Source: a virus
Virus record (IMG/VR): IMGVR_UViG_3300036846_000800
Location: 7,104 to 71,103 of that record
Length of the DNA stretch: 64,000 nt
Strand: one strand, 5' to 3'
Shown: positions 37,997 through 47,487 of the stretch, one piece after another
Numbering within the stretch: the stretch's first letter is position 1
Layout: every line of letters begins with the position of its first letter
Notes under the pieces: generated by a model
What the model was told of the DNA's origin: nothing
The model's input: only the letters and a program-made list of their open reading frames with translations
Database searches by the model: none
Program-made: the position numbers and the translations under genes

Positions 37997-38147
37997 TTTC
38001 GTCTCCTCTTATGACGGACGTAGGGGCGCCGCTGGGGGAAGTCGCCCCAAAACCAGACGCCCTCGTGGGGCATCTGCCAGTCAAGCGGCGGAAACGTCCC
38101 AAAAATCCCGGTCCATGGCTGATAGACAAAGTCGTAGCGCATGCTCT

Positions 38148-39140
38148 TCACGTAATGGGCGTAATCCGCCCCTCTTGCAGAAGTCTGACGTAGTTCTGCG
38201 CCCACTCTCTTTCGGACACGTTCTGCTCCTGCGCCAGACGACGCATCTTTGGGGTCATTCTAAACTCGCCGCCATTCATGCCGCCGCCACCACCGCCACC
38301 GCCCGAGCGCGAGACCGGTGCTGCCATGGTCGGGGCACCACGCGAAGGCACCGAAGGTGGGTTACCAGAGCCGGGTGTCTGCGCCACGAGCGCCCTCTCG
38401 ATGTAATCAAAGTATCCAGGCGTATCGACTTGGTGACCGGCATCCCGCGCATTCTCGTGGGCAGAGATCGCCACATGTTTCAGCGTGCCATCGCTGCGCA
38501 CCAGCTCCGGGTGCTTACGGAGGAAGTCTTTGGTGGGCTCGGAGCGGTTCATGATCGCCCGCTCCAGCGGATCGGTGGGAAGTTGCGGCTGCGGCTGAGC
38601 TTGACGCGGCTGCGGCTGCTGGGGCTGCCGTGCCTGCTGCTGCGCCTGCTCGCGCTGCTGCGCCAGAACCGCTTGGTCGCGTTCCAGCACCGCCAGCGCA
38701 CCACCCAGGCGCCCGATCTTGAGATTGATGGTCTGGGCGCGCTTGAAGTCGCCGTCCTGCAGGGCGCGCTCACCCTCGCCCGCCAGCGCCTCCATCTGGT
38801 CCTGCGTCGCCTTGATCTGGTTCTCGTTGAAAAGCTCGTAGGTGGAGACACCCCGCCGCTCGGCCTCCTGGGCGAGATACATCGCCTGATCACGCTCGGC
38901 CGCGAGCCGGCGGTTGTCCTCGGTGACACGAGCGCGTTCTTGCCGCTCGACCGCCATCTGACGTTGCAAGTCGGCCAGCCCGGTTTGCGGCGTGGCGGGC
39001 GCCGCAGCTGGACTAGTGCCTGAAGGACCTGGGACCGGCGGCGGCTTGGCTGCTGCTGCTGGCTTCTCCTCTGCCGGCTTATCCGGCTCGTCGTTCAGAT
39101 TGATGATGCTCTCGGAAAGCTCCTCGTCTTCGTCAGCCAT
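38148..39140 (-). CDS. capsid scaffolding protein
   Basis: 330 aa; acidic N-terminus, long coiled coil, YFDYIE, C-terminal MTPKMRRLA..NVSEREWA helix. Confidence 0.7.
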   Translation of the reverse strand: MADEDEELSESIINLNDEPDKPAEEKPAAAAKPPPVPGPSGTSPAAAPATPQTGLADLQRQMAVERQERARVTEDNRRLAAERDQAMYLAQEAERRGVSTYELFNENQIKATQDQMEALAGEGERALQDGDFKRAQTINLKIGRLGGALAVLERDQAVLAQQREQAQQQARQPQQPQPRQAQPQPQLPTDPLERAIMNRSEPTKDFLRKHPELVRSDGTLKHVAISAHENARDAGHQVDTPGYFDYIERALVAQTPGSGNPPSVPSRGAPTMAAPVSRSGGGGGGGGMNGGEFRMTPKMRRLAQEQNVSEREWAQNYVRLLQEGRITPIT

Positions 39141-39153
39141 GGCCTTTCACCTT

Positions 39154-39636
39154 TCAGTAGACCAGCCTCGGATCAGGTATTCGCATCACGATCTGGGTGT
39201 CCTTGAGCCGTCGGCAGTGGATACGATCCATGGTGAACTGCCGGCCCTCCATGATGTCAAAAACCACCCAGTCGCCGATCTCGACGGTCTGGTCGTAAAA
39301 CTTGATATGATCATCGTCCCTGAACGCCAGTGGCCCCTTGGCGATCACCACCCCGACTTTCCCTTGGTACAGCGCCTCGTCGTGCACAGAGTCTGGAAGT
39401 ATGAGGGTCACTTTGCCGGACCCGATCTTGTGCGGCAGAAAATACGTCGCCGTGATCACCCAGTTATGGAACACGGTGACCTGTTTCGCCCACGCGCACC
39501 GATCCAAGAGAAACCCCTTGGGATCGGCAGCGTAGTCCTCGGCCAGCTCATCGTCGGTGCCCCAGGGCGGCAGCGGCGCCTGATGCATGGTGGAGAGGCT
39601 GGTCCCACGCGGACCAAGCAAGGCCGGGTCTACCAT
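39154..39636 (-). CDS. GroES-like co-chaperonin
   Basis: LILPD...GKVGVVIAKGPLAF...VEIGDWVVF...RRLKDTQI. Confidence 0.75.
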   Translation of the reverse strand: MVDPALLGPRGTSLSTMHQAPLPPWGTDDELAEDYAADPKGFLLDRCAWAKQVTVFHNWVITATYFLPHKIGSGKVTLILPDSVHDEALYQGKVGVVIAKGPLAFRDDDHIKFYDQTVEIGDWVVFDIMEGRQFTMDRIHCRRLKDTQIVMRIPDPRLVY

Positions 39637-39887
39637 CAGTTTGCTCGCATATGTGTTACGATCGGCTCATCGTCCTTGTTCATCTCGCGCGCCACAGCGC
39701 GCATCAAATCCAAGGCCGCCTCGAAACCCAGAATAAGACCCTTGGTGCGCTGGAACTCTTCCCAGTTCTGCGATCCCAGTATCTGTTGGTAAAGCCCGGG
39801 CGTTTTACCATTGTCGCCACCCTGAAGCTGCTTGATTATCGCTCGCTCCAGCATGACGGCAAAATCCAGACTTCCTACCAGCATCAA
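39636..39887 (-). CDS. hypothetical protein
   Basis: 83 aa; WEEFQRTKGLILG; adjacent to the GroES-like gene. Confidence 0.6.
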   Translation of the reverse strand: MMLVGSLDFAVMLERAIIKQLQGGDNGKTPGLYQQILGSQNWEEFQRTKGLILGFEAALDLMRAVAREMNKDDEPIVTHMRAN

Positions 39888-39896
39888 ATCTTGCCC

Positions 39897-41123
39897 TTAG
39901 AGTTCCGTCTTGGCCGGGACCTTGGCATTGCGCGCAAGCCGCCCAGTGGCGGAACCGGCACCATGGATCGAGCCGCCGTCGGCATAGCCCTTGCCCTGGT
40001 TGCGATACTTGGTGCCCTCCAGCCCAGGGTCCTTACTCTCCTGGTTCTTGGGGACAAAGCCGCCAGACTTCATGCCCTTCTCCTTCTTCTCTTCGGCCTT
40101 GAGCATCTTGCCGAACAGCTTCTTGTCCTCTGCCTCGTCGCCATGTTTCGCATCACCAACGGCGCCACCTTTCTTCTTGTAGATGGCGCCGCCCTTCTTG
40201 GCGTAAGACGTGGTGGTCCCAGGCGCCGGCCGCGCCAGCACCGAGGTCGCCATGCGTCCCATCGGCACCGTCACCGGTTGCGAGAACGGGATTGCCTGCC
40301 GGCCCGAGACATTGGTGGCACCCTGCTGCGCCGGCACCGGCTGACGGCCAGGGAATAATCCCATCAGGCCAGAGCCGCCAGGGGAAACGACATTGCCGGC
40401 ACCGCCGCCTGGAGCACCCATGCCGCCGCCGAACTGAGCTTTCTCGACCTCGCCGCCCTCGACGTCGCCACCCTCGGCGCGCTTCTTTACACTGCCACCC
40501 TTTTTGTGCGCGGACACCGCGCTATCGACCTTGCTGGTGGGCGAATGCGGGAACCCGGAATAGCCCTTGCCGGGGGTATCTCCGCCGATCGCGCGCTTTT
40601 TCACGCTGCCGCCGGCTTTCATGCCGGGAGGGCGCACTCCTGGAGGCGGCATCGGCGGCCCACCCGGTCCCACCGGCAGTGCTCCCGCCGGACCCGCTGG
40701 CATGGGCGGACGAACCGGCATCGGGCCGCCGGGAACTGGACCAGCTCCACCCACCGGCACCGGCACCGGGACTGGTCTATTCACCGGCACTGGCGCAACA
40801 CCGGGAACGGGCGGCCGGGCACCCGCACCACCGCCACCACCGGAGCCACCACGGCCACCGGCATGAGAAATAATAATGTTCGTGGTCGCGTGCGGTGCTT
40901 TTCGCTTCTTGCTGACGCCGCCGCCGAAGGCGAAGCGATCCGGGCGCGACTTCGCGCTACCTCCAGAGATCGTCATCGGCGTGGATGAGCCGGCGTTTTT
41001 CTTTGGAAGACTCTTGGCCTTGTACATCGAGGATGACCCCCAGGACTTCCCGGCGGTGCCACCTAGACGTTTAAGCCGAGCCTTTTGTGAAGCCTTTGCC
41101 TGTCCGGCCATGGGGTGCGCCAT
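39897..41123 (-). CDS. Lys/Gly/Pro-rich disordered protein with ten xxxGG motifs
   Basis: 408 aa, directly downstream of the portal. Confidence 0.7.
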   Translation of the reverse strand: MAHPMAGQAKASQKARLKRLGGTAGKSWGSSSMYKAKSLPKKNAGSSTPMTISGGSAKSRPDRFAFGGGVSKKRKAPHATTNIIISHAGGRGGSGGGGGAGARPPVPGVAPVPVNRPVPVPVPVGGAGPVPGGPMPVRPPMPAGPAGALPVGPGGPPMPPPGVRPPGMKAGGSVKKRAIGGDTPGKGYSGFPHSPTSKVDSAVSAHKKGGSVKKRAEGGDVEGGEVEKAQFGGGMGAPGGGAGNVVSPGGSGLMGLFPGRQPVPAQQGATNVSGRQAIPFSQPVTVPMGRMATSVLARPAPGTTTSYAKKGGAIYKKKGGAVGDAKHGDEAEDKKLFGKMLKAEEKKEKGMKSGGFVPKNQESKDPGLEGTKYRNQGKGYADGGSIHGAGSATGRLARNAKVPAKTEL

Positions 41124-41146
41124 GATCTTCTCCCGTGATTCGCCCT

Positions 41147-43462
41147 TCAGATGATACGCCCTAAACCACCACCTTGCGGCATGATCGGTAAGTTCGCGAA
41201 CGTCTGCGCCACTGGTGTAGCCTCTGGGTGCACCAGCGCGCCCTGCACCAGTTCCATGTGCTTCTGCGCGAGCTTGGCGCCCTCGATGCGCTCTTGCGAG
41301 GCGCGCTGTTCACTCGCGGAACGTATTTTTGCGTTCTCGGTGAGCGCCTTGAGCTGCTGCGAGAGATATTCCAGCTCGGCCTTGCGCTTAGAGTCGGCTT
41401 CCTTTTGCGCCAGTTCGCTGGCTTTTTGCGACATCTCGGCAATCTTGCCGGCGACTTTCGGGTCCTGCTGGCTGTCCGGGGGCGCGAACAGCTCGTCCAC
41501 GTTGCCCAGGCCCACCATGGTCGCCACCCGCCTGACCACGGCGTGCAGGTCCCACATTTGCGGATTGAGCTGAACCAGCTGCACCAGCGCCACCGCTTTC
41601 ATCACCCGGATCGTGTGGGACGGCGTATTCGGATCGGCCTGCGGGGTGAGATTACAGTCGTTGAGTGCCTGAACCAGATCATCCTTTTCCCACTGCCAGC
41701 CCGGAACATTGGGCTTGGCGCAAAGCAAAGCCTCGGGGTCCTCGATGAACAGGTCCCGCAGCAGCTCAAACTCCTCCGCCTGCGACTGGTGCATGCCCTT
41801 GTGCACAGAGTCCAAGACTTTGACCGCTTGGTCGAGCATCGCAAGAGTCGTTCCGACCGGGACGTCCTGGCGGCCCTCGCCGACCATCAACTCGGGCGTG
41901 CCGCCTACCCGGCGCGCTTCCTCCTCGATCTTGGAAGTAATCTGGACGAGGCCGGCGGTGGCGTCTTTGTACGGCAGCGCCATCACGTTGTTGCCGATCG
42001 GCTGACCGCCGGTGTTGATCCTCACCCCGGCGCCAAGCCCGACCCGGAACGTCATCGTATCTTGTCGACCCACGGTCTCCGAGTAGAAGAACCCCGGCCA
42101 CGACGCGAACGCGGCGCTATCCAGCGCCAGCCGCCACGCGGTGGTGATCGCCGCCGTGGCATTGCCCATAATGTGTAGAAGACCGATGCCGTAGAAGCCC
42201 ATGCCGTCGACAAACGTGTATTTCACAATCGGCATGTGCTTGATGTAACGATCGTCGTCTTCTTGCCAGTTGCGACGTACTTCGAGCACCGTCTGCGAGT
42301 CTTTGTCGATGGTCACCCGATAGGGGAGGGGTAATCCGGTATATTTGCCGGCTTCCTTGTGCTCGAAGCCGGCGATGTCCAGCTCGCAGTAGGTTTCGTA
42401 CACCGTATGCTTGTAATCCTCCGGGCGCATCGAAAACGTGGACAGACCAGCGACGTCATGCTCGGCCTCGACCAGACTATCGACCTCGGGCGGGACCGGC
42501 GTGGTGAGATCGATGTCGATATAGGTGCCGGCGAGCTGCATCCGCTTCATCACGGACTGTCGCATTAAGATACGATGCGTGACCCGGCCGCACTCCTGCA
42601 GGGAGACCTCGTTATCGTCCACGATCACATCGGCCGCATCGATGGCGCGCGAAACGGGTCTACGCCGGATCGGATCGCGATAGACCTTCTTGAAGGCGCT
42701 GCCGCCAAAGCCCTGCTTGAAGAACATCCGGTTGGTGTCAGCGTAGTACTCTTTATCTACGACCGTGAGATACCTGTTGAAGAGTGTCTCCAGCATCTCC
42801 GCTTGAGTGTCTCGATCGTCGCCGCGCAGCTCGCGCGGGATTTTGAACTGCTGCTCCAAGAAATCCCGATGTGGGGTTTTCAAAGTCGCATCGCTGCGCA
42901 TTTTCACCGGCCCCTCGGCCGGGAGCAATTCTCCCCGGGCGTTGGCCTGGAAGCGCAACACCGCGTCCAACAGGATAGGCGTGCGGATGGTGCTCTGGCC
43001 CTCGACCGCCGTGTCGGCATCTGCCGAAGGCGACCTGGGGTTCTCGATCTTCATCGCCAGATGTTTTATTCCGGCGGCGCGCCGCTCCAGCCACTCTTGT
43101 CGGGTTTGGAGGTCAGCGTCGATGCCGTTGAGCAGTTCATCGCAGATTCTGCCCAGCTCGCGATCATCGATGTACTCAGCGAGGTTGGCGTCGTGCTCCT
43201 TGGCGGCCCCGGAGGTGTTCTCCTTGCGCGGCGGCTTGCCGTCCAGACGTATTACGAGGCTGCCGTCAGCCTGCTCGATCCCGATTTGCCCTACCGGCTT
43301 CCCGGCGTCTTCCTGGATGACCACCGTGAGCGGGTTCTGATCATCCAGGTGAGACTCATAGTCGGGCAGTTTAGAGGGAATCTCATCGTCCAGATTACGA
43401 TAATGCTCGGTGGGGGTAACACCGTTGCCACTGCCATTCACTGAAGACGTTCCGTTGGCCAT
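41147..43462 (-). CDS. portal protein
   Basis: 771 aa; HDANLAE, RFQANARGELLPAEGPVK, GSAFKKVY, GFYGIGL.H, PVGTTLA, ADPN. Confidence 0.85.
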   Translation of the reverse strand: MANGTSSVNGSGNGVTPTEHYRNLDDEIPSKLPDYESHLDDQNPLTVVIQEDAGKPVGQIGIEQADGSLVIRLDGKPPRKENTSGAAKEHDANLAEYIDDRELGRICDELLNGIDADLQTRQEWLERRAAGIKHLAMKIENPRSPSADADTAVEGQSTIRTPILLDAVLRFQANARGELLPAEGPVKMRSDATLKTPHRDFLEQQFKIPRELRGDDRDTQAEMLETLFNRYLTVVDKEYYADTNRMFFKQGFGGSAFKKVYRDPIRRRPVSRAIDAADVIVDDNEVSLQECGRVTHRILMRQSVMKRMQLAGTYIDIDLTTPVPPEVDSLVEAEHDVAGLSTFSMRPEDYKHTVYETYCELDIAGFEHKEAGKYTGLPLPYRVTIDKDSQTVLEVRRNWQEDDDRYIKHMPIVKYTFVDGMGFYGIGLLHIMGNATAAITTAWRLALDSAAFASWPGFFYSETVGRQDTMTFRVGLGAGVRINTGGQPIGNNVMALPYKDATAGLVQITSKIEEEARRVGGTPELMVGEGRQDVPVGTTLAMLDQAVKVLDSVHKGMHQSQAEEFELLRDLFIEDPEALLCAKPNVPGWQWEKDDLVQALNDCNLTPQADPNTPSHTIRVMKAVALVQLVQLNPQMWDLHAVVRRVATMVGLGNVDELFAPPDSQQDPKVAGKIAEMSQKASELAQKEADSKRKAELEYLSQQLKALTENAKIRSASEQRASQERIEGAKLAQKHMELVQGALVHPEATPVAQTFANLPIMPQGGGLGRII

Positions 43463-43471
43463 CCCACGATA

Positions 43472-43822
43472 CTACCCGCTACCGAACCCAGCTTGATCGG
43501 TGTACATCAGCATATTGCCAACAGCGAGCTTGGCCTTGCAGAGCCGAGCAACCACGATGCCATCCGTGTGCTGAACGGAGACGCCGACGCTGAGCGTCGG
43601 ATCGTTGTTGCGTATATGCAGGGTCCTGACGTTGCGCTGAGTGGAAGCAGGCGGACCACCGCCAGCAACATTGGTCGTGGCCGCAGCGCTGATTGCAGTA
43701 TTAGCTCGTCCGGGAGTGATGGTCCCGGCCGAAGTATCGACCCAACTCGCGTGTACGGTGACAGCCGCCGCCGAGTCGGTGACGACCTGCAATCGATCGT
43801 TAATCGAGGTGAGCAGCAACAT
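43472..43822 (-). CDS. paralogue of the N-terminal domain of 44205-45152
   Basis: LQVVT...VHAS...PGR.NT...QRNV.TLH alignment seen directly. Confidence 0.7.
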   Translation of the reverse strand: MLLLTSINDRLQVVTDSAAAVTVHASWVDTSAGTITPGRANTAISAAATTNVAGGGPPASTQRNVRTLHIRNNDPTLSVGVSVQHTDGIVVARLCKAKLAVGNMLMYTDQAGFGSG

Positions 43823-43842
43823 CGCCTTTATCTTCCTCGGTA

Positions 43843-44208
43843 TCACTTTCCTTTGTGGAGAGCGACAAATGCATCTATTTCAGCCTTTTGTTGTGCATGG
43901 AACGCATCAAAGCGCGCCTGTTCTTCGCGCTGCTTTCTAGCCTCGGCACGCTGTGCGGCCTGTTCCACCCGGGCGATCAAGTCATCGCCTTCCGGCCACG
44001 GCATCGGACCGCCCGCGACAACATTGTTGTCCTTGACATAGGCGTGCCGCACACCCGGTTCATAGATGACCTCGGTCATGCCCCCGGGAAACGGCGGGGG
44101 ATCATGTTGCCAGTCGTCTCTGAATTTGTGACGCTCTTCGAGATATTGCTTCTGCGTGTTGCACACACGCATGAAGCCGTCGGGATGGAGGTGGACTGCT
44201 GGTTTCAT
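43843..44208 (-). CDS. hypothetical protein (possible fibre chaperone)
   Basis: 121 aa; ATGA overlap with the upstream fibre gene. Confidence 0.55.
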   Translation of the reverse strand: MKPAVHLHPDGFMRVCNTQKQYLEERHKFRDDWQHDPPPFPGGMTEVIYEPGVRHAYVKDNNVVAGGPMPWPEGDDLIARVEQAAQRAEARKQREEQARFDAFHAQQKAEIDAFVALHKGK

Positions 44209-45152
44209 AGCTTTATCATGATGTTCCAGAACGACATGGGATGCAGGACGTTGAACGGCACCGAACCACCGGCACCAGCAATGCCGATGCCGGTATATGA
44301 AGGAAACACATCATTGAGAGCATAGCCATCGCCCCCGTCGTTCACAAAATGACGATCGTGCGGGTCGTTTTCGCACAAAACTCGGGGCGGATGCTCGTGC
44401 GTTGGGTCGCTTACGCCATGGCCATGGAACAGCAACTCGGCTCCGGTCGGAGCATGGGTCTCTTCGCCCGCAAACCCGCCGAGTGCCCGGCCGGTGAGCC
44501 CCGGACCAGTACCAGCGATGGACAATGAGCGGCCGAGCTGCCGGGTCAACTGGATGGTCTTGTGCGCAGCCCAATCCGACGCCGCTGACCCGCCGCGACC
44601 GCCGCTCACGGGTGCCCAGGTGTTGGCAATATTATTCCAGAGCAGCGTAAACAGGTTCAGGCAATCGTCGTTGGCCCTGGCGGTACCCCCGGACAGGGAA
44701 TCACCGATGCTGCCGTCATTCATCAGCACCCAGCCAGCATCGGCCACCGTCTTGAGCGTGAGCTTGGCATCGCCGGTGGTCTGCCCCCCGAACCCAAGAC
44801 TGCCGCCGCTGGCGAGAAGAAAACCGACCTCATCGATGTATTGCAGCGTCTGATCTGGCGGAAGCAGCATTCTATGCATCTTGGCGACCACAGTGCCGTC
44901 GGTATGCTGCACCGTGACGGTATTGTTGGTCGTGCCGCTATTGTTCACATGGAGAGTTTTGACATTGCGCTGCACGCCGCTGTTGGGTGCGGCCACGACA
45001 TCCGTAATAGCAACGACGCTGATGACAGTATTCTGGCGGCCGGGGTTCACCGAGCCTGCCACGTTGTCGAGGTAGCTGGCGTGGACGTTGATCGCGCCCG
45101 TGCTTTCGGTAACAACCTGGAGCTTGTCGGTGGTAGAGGCAAGAATCAGCAT
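44205..45152 (-). CDS. fibre/collar-domain protein
   Basis: 315 aa; C-terminal TTGDAKLTLKTVADAGWVLMNDG...WNIMIKL is paralogous to the C-terminus of 30681-32489. Confidence 0.7.
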   Translation of the reverse strand: MLILASTTDKLQVVTESTGAINVHASYLDNVAGSVNPGRQNTVISVVAITDVVAAPNSGVQRNVKTLHVNNSGTTNNTVTVQHTDGTVVAKMHRMLLPPDQTLQYIDEVGFLLASGGSLGFGGQTTGDAKLTLKTVADAGWVLMNDGSIGDSLSGGTARANDDCLNLFTLLWNNIANTWAPVSGGRGGSAASDWAAHKTIQLTRQLGRSLSIAGTGPGLTGRALGGFAGEETHAPTGAELLFHGHGVSDPTHEHPPRVLCENDPHDRHFVNDGGDGYALNDVFPSYTGIGIAGAGGSVPFNVLHPMSFWNIMIKL

Positions 45153-45215
45153 GGCGAGCCAAGCTCCCCCGGAAAGGAGCCCAGCTTAGCGTAATCCCCT
45201 CGATTCGCTAGGGGG

Positions 45216-45533
45216 TTATCTTTGCCCGCCGTTGCCCTTGGGCAGGATCGGCGCCGGCATCCAGGCGCGCGGCGGCTTGTGCGGCATTCCCGCCGAGGTA
45301 CGCCACTCGCCCAGCTGGCTCTGCGCCATATAGACCAGTCCCTCCTCACACGCGCACTGCAGCAGCACGTCCAGCGGCGGCGGGATACTCATACTTCGCC
45401 ACGCCGTGCGCGCATACTCAGTGAGCTTGTGCTCGATGGCAGCGATCTGTGCCAGCTGTATCTGATCGTAGACCCGCTCCGACCAGTGTCGCAGGAAGCT
45501 CTCCTCGTCAGTGTCACGAATGTTTTCGATCAC
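45216..45533 (-). CDS. hypothetical protein
   Basis: 105 aa, coupled to the upstream ORF. Confidence 0.5.
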   Translation of the reverse strand: MIENIRDTDEESFLRHWSERVYDQIQLAQIAAIEHKLTEYARTAWRSMSIPPPLDVLLQCACEEGLVYMAQSQLGEWRTSAGMPHKPPRAWMPAPILPKGNGGQR

Positions 45534-45751
45534 GATCTAGGTGCCCCGTCCGCCTCGCGCGTGATCGCGACGTTGGCCCACATCGCGACCTCGCGCAGCT
45601 TGCGCAAGACGTAGGTTTTATCCGGCCCGTCCGGCACGATCTGTTCGAGCAACGCACCATAGACCGTGGTGGCAAAGCGCACCTGTCGCATCTGCTCAAA
45701 CTGCTTCTCAGTTGGCTTGAGATAATCGAACGTCTCCGGGTGCAGGGTCAT
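45530..45751 (-). CDS. Acb2/Tad1-like helical-hairpin protein (candidate nucleotide-signal sponge)
   Basis: FDYLKPT..Q...VR...IVPDGPDKTYVLRKLREVAMWANVAITR. Confidence 0.55.
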   Translation of the reverse strand: MTLHPETFDYLKPTEKQFEQMRQVRFATTVYGALLEQIVPDGPDKTYVLRKLREVAMWANVAITREADGAPRS

Positions 45752-45774
45752 ATTCGTTCCTAGCGGTTCCAGAC

Positions 45775-47487
45775 TTATCGGTTCCAGACTTGTGGCTGCG
45801 GCGGAAGCACGTAATTCGGTCCGCCCCAGGCCGGATACAGCGGCGACGGCTCGCGCTTGTATTGCTTGTCGATGACGTCCTCCAGCTCGTCCTCATCCGG
45901 CAAGGTGGCGAGGCCAAGCGCGCGAAAATGCGTCAGCGCCTGTGACATGGCGTCGGCCAGATCGTCGTGCGCGCCCTTCGGCATGTCGGCACATTCCGAC
46001 ATCACTTTCTCGGCCCAATCCTTGAACAGATAATCGCCGTTGCCGGTGGGCTCGGCCGGCGCATAGATCAGCCCGCACTCGAACAAATTCTGCACGGAGT
46101 ACATGCGCGCGACCTTGTCGCCTTCCGGGTTGACCAGAGTCACGCCGAAGTCGGCGCGATCCAAAGTCTTCGGATTATGCGAGAGCGAATCAGCGATGTG
46201 GCGGGCGCGTCTTCGTAGTTCTTGTGCCACCGGGTGTCCCGAGGCTTTGTCCTCGACCAAGACTCTATCAACTTTGAACTTCTTGCAGGTTTCCTCGATC
46301 TTTTTGATCAAGTCGTAGAGTTCGAGCCGCTCGGCCCACGCCCACATCAGGATTAATCTTCGATTTTCCCAAATATCACGGCAGACGCCTAAGACGACGC
46401 CGGCCGACGGGTCGTTTTGCTTTTTTTCGGTTTGTGCGGTGTCTAAGGAGAGCACGGTATAGCTCATCACTGGGAACTTCGGCCAAGGCACACCAAACTT
46501 GCCGCAATCCTCCGGTGTGTATGCACGCCAGTGTTCCCGCTTGATGATGCCGCCACCACGTGGGGCCGGGCGCTGTTGATATTGCCCGGCATAGGCAAAA
46601 CTCCCTTTCTCGCGCTCGATCTTGGCGACTGCTTCCGGCGAAAACCGCTCTGGCCACGCTAGGTCTCCCTCTTCGGTGCGCGGATCGACCCAGCCGATAG
46701 TGTTATACGGCTCGCGTCCAGCCTCGAACTCCATCGGCACCATCAGATGGCAATAGGTCCATCCCTGTTCGAGGATGAAGCCTGAAATATCCAGCTGATG
46801 CACTCGCTGCATGATGATGACGATGGCCGAATCGTCAAGGTTATTAAGCCGGTCGGTGATCGTCTCACGGAACCATCGAACCGTATCGGTCCTAACGATG
46901 TCTGATTCGGACTTGTGGACGTCATGAGGGTCGTCAATGACGACACGATCTCCACGTTCACCAGTACCGATTCCTTTGACAGACGAAGCAAACTTGGACC
47001 CGGTCTTGTTGTTGGTGATTTTGATCTCGCCTTCTTTCTCAAGCTGGAATTTCTCACCCCACAGCTCCTTGAACTTGTCGCTCATCACCAGCTTGCGGAA
47101 CTTGGTGTTGTCTCTTTCGGTCAGGCCAGAGCTATACGAAAAACTCACGTAGCGCAGGTGCGGCATGTTCATGGCGCCCCATTCCCAGGCCGGCCAAAAC
47201 ACGTTCACCATCAGCGACTTCATGCTTCCGGGAGGGATGTTCACGAGCAATCTGGTGATTTTCCCCAAGGTCACCGCTTCCAGGTGCTCGCATAGTGCAT
47301 ATAACAGCCAGCCCTCAACCAACTTGGTTTCGGGTTCCAGGATGTTCCAGAAATATCTGACGAACTCGATCAGCCCACCCGCTTGCGCTTGACGTTTGCG
47401 CTCGTCGCGAAGAAACCTCTCCTTGCGCAACGTGACCAGCGTCTGTTCCGCCAGCTCGGGGGTGAGGGGCTCATCACTTGTCTTCAT
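45775..47487 (-). CDS. terL: terminase large subunit
   Basis: RLLVNIPPGSMKS (Walker A), VVIDDPH (Walker B), IIMQRVH, YQQRP, SLDTA, EDKASG, HDDLADA. Confidence 0.93.
   Translation of the reverse strand: MKTSDEPLTPELAEQTLVTLRKERFLRDERKRQAQAGGLIEFVRYFWNILEPETKLVEGWLLYALCEHLEAVTLGKITRLLVNIPPGSMKSLMVNVFWPAWEWGAMNMPHLRYVSFSYSSGLTERDNTKFRKLVMSDKFKELWGEKFQLEKEGEIKITNNKTGSKFASSVKGIGTGERGDRVVIDDPHDVHKSESDIVRTDTVRWFRETITDRLNNLDDSAIVIIMQRVHQLDISGFILEQGWTYCHLMVPMEFEAGREPYNTIGWVDPRTEEGDLAWPERFSPEAVAKIEREKGSFAYAGQYQQRPAPRGGGIIKREHWRAYTPEDCGKFGVPWPKFPVMSYTVLSLDTAQTEKKQNDPSAGVVLGVCRDIWENRRLILMWAWAERLELYDLIKKIEETCKKFKVDRVLVEDKASGHPVAQELRRRARHIADSLSHNPKTLDRADFGVTLVNPEGDKVARMYSVQNLFECGLIYAPAEPTGNGDYLFKDWAEKVMSECADMPKGAHDDLADAMSQALTHFRALGLATLPDEDELEDVIDKQYKREPSPLYPAWGGPNYVLPPQPQVWNR

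Noticed and set aside
41228-43444. Plus-strand ORFs of 316 and 289 aa
   Set aside because: Antisense to the well-supported portal gene.
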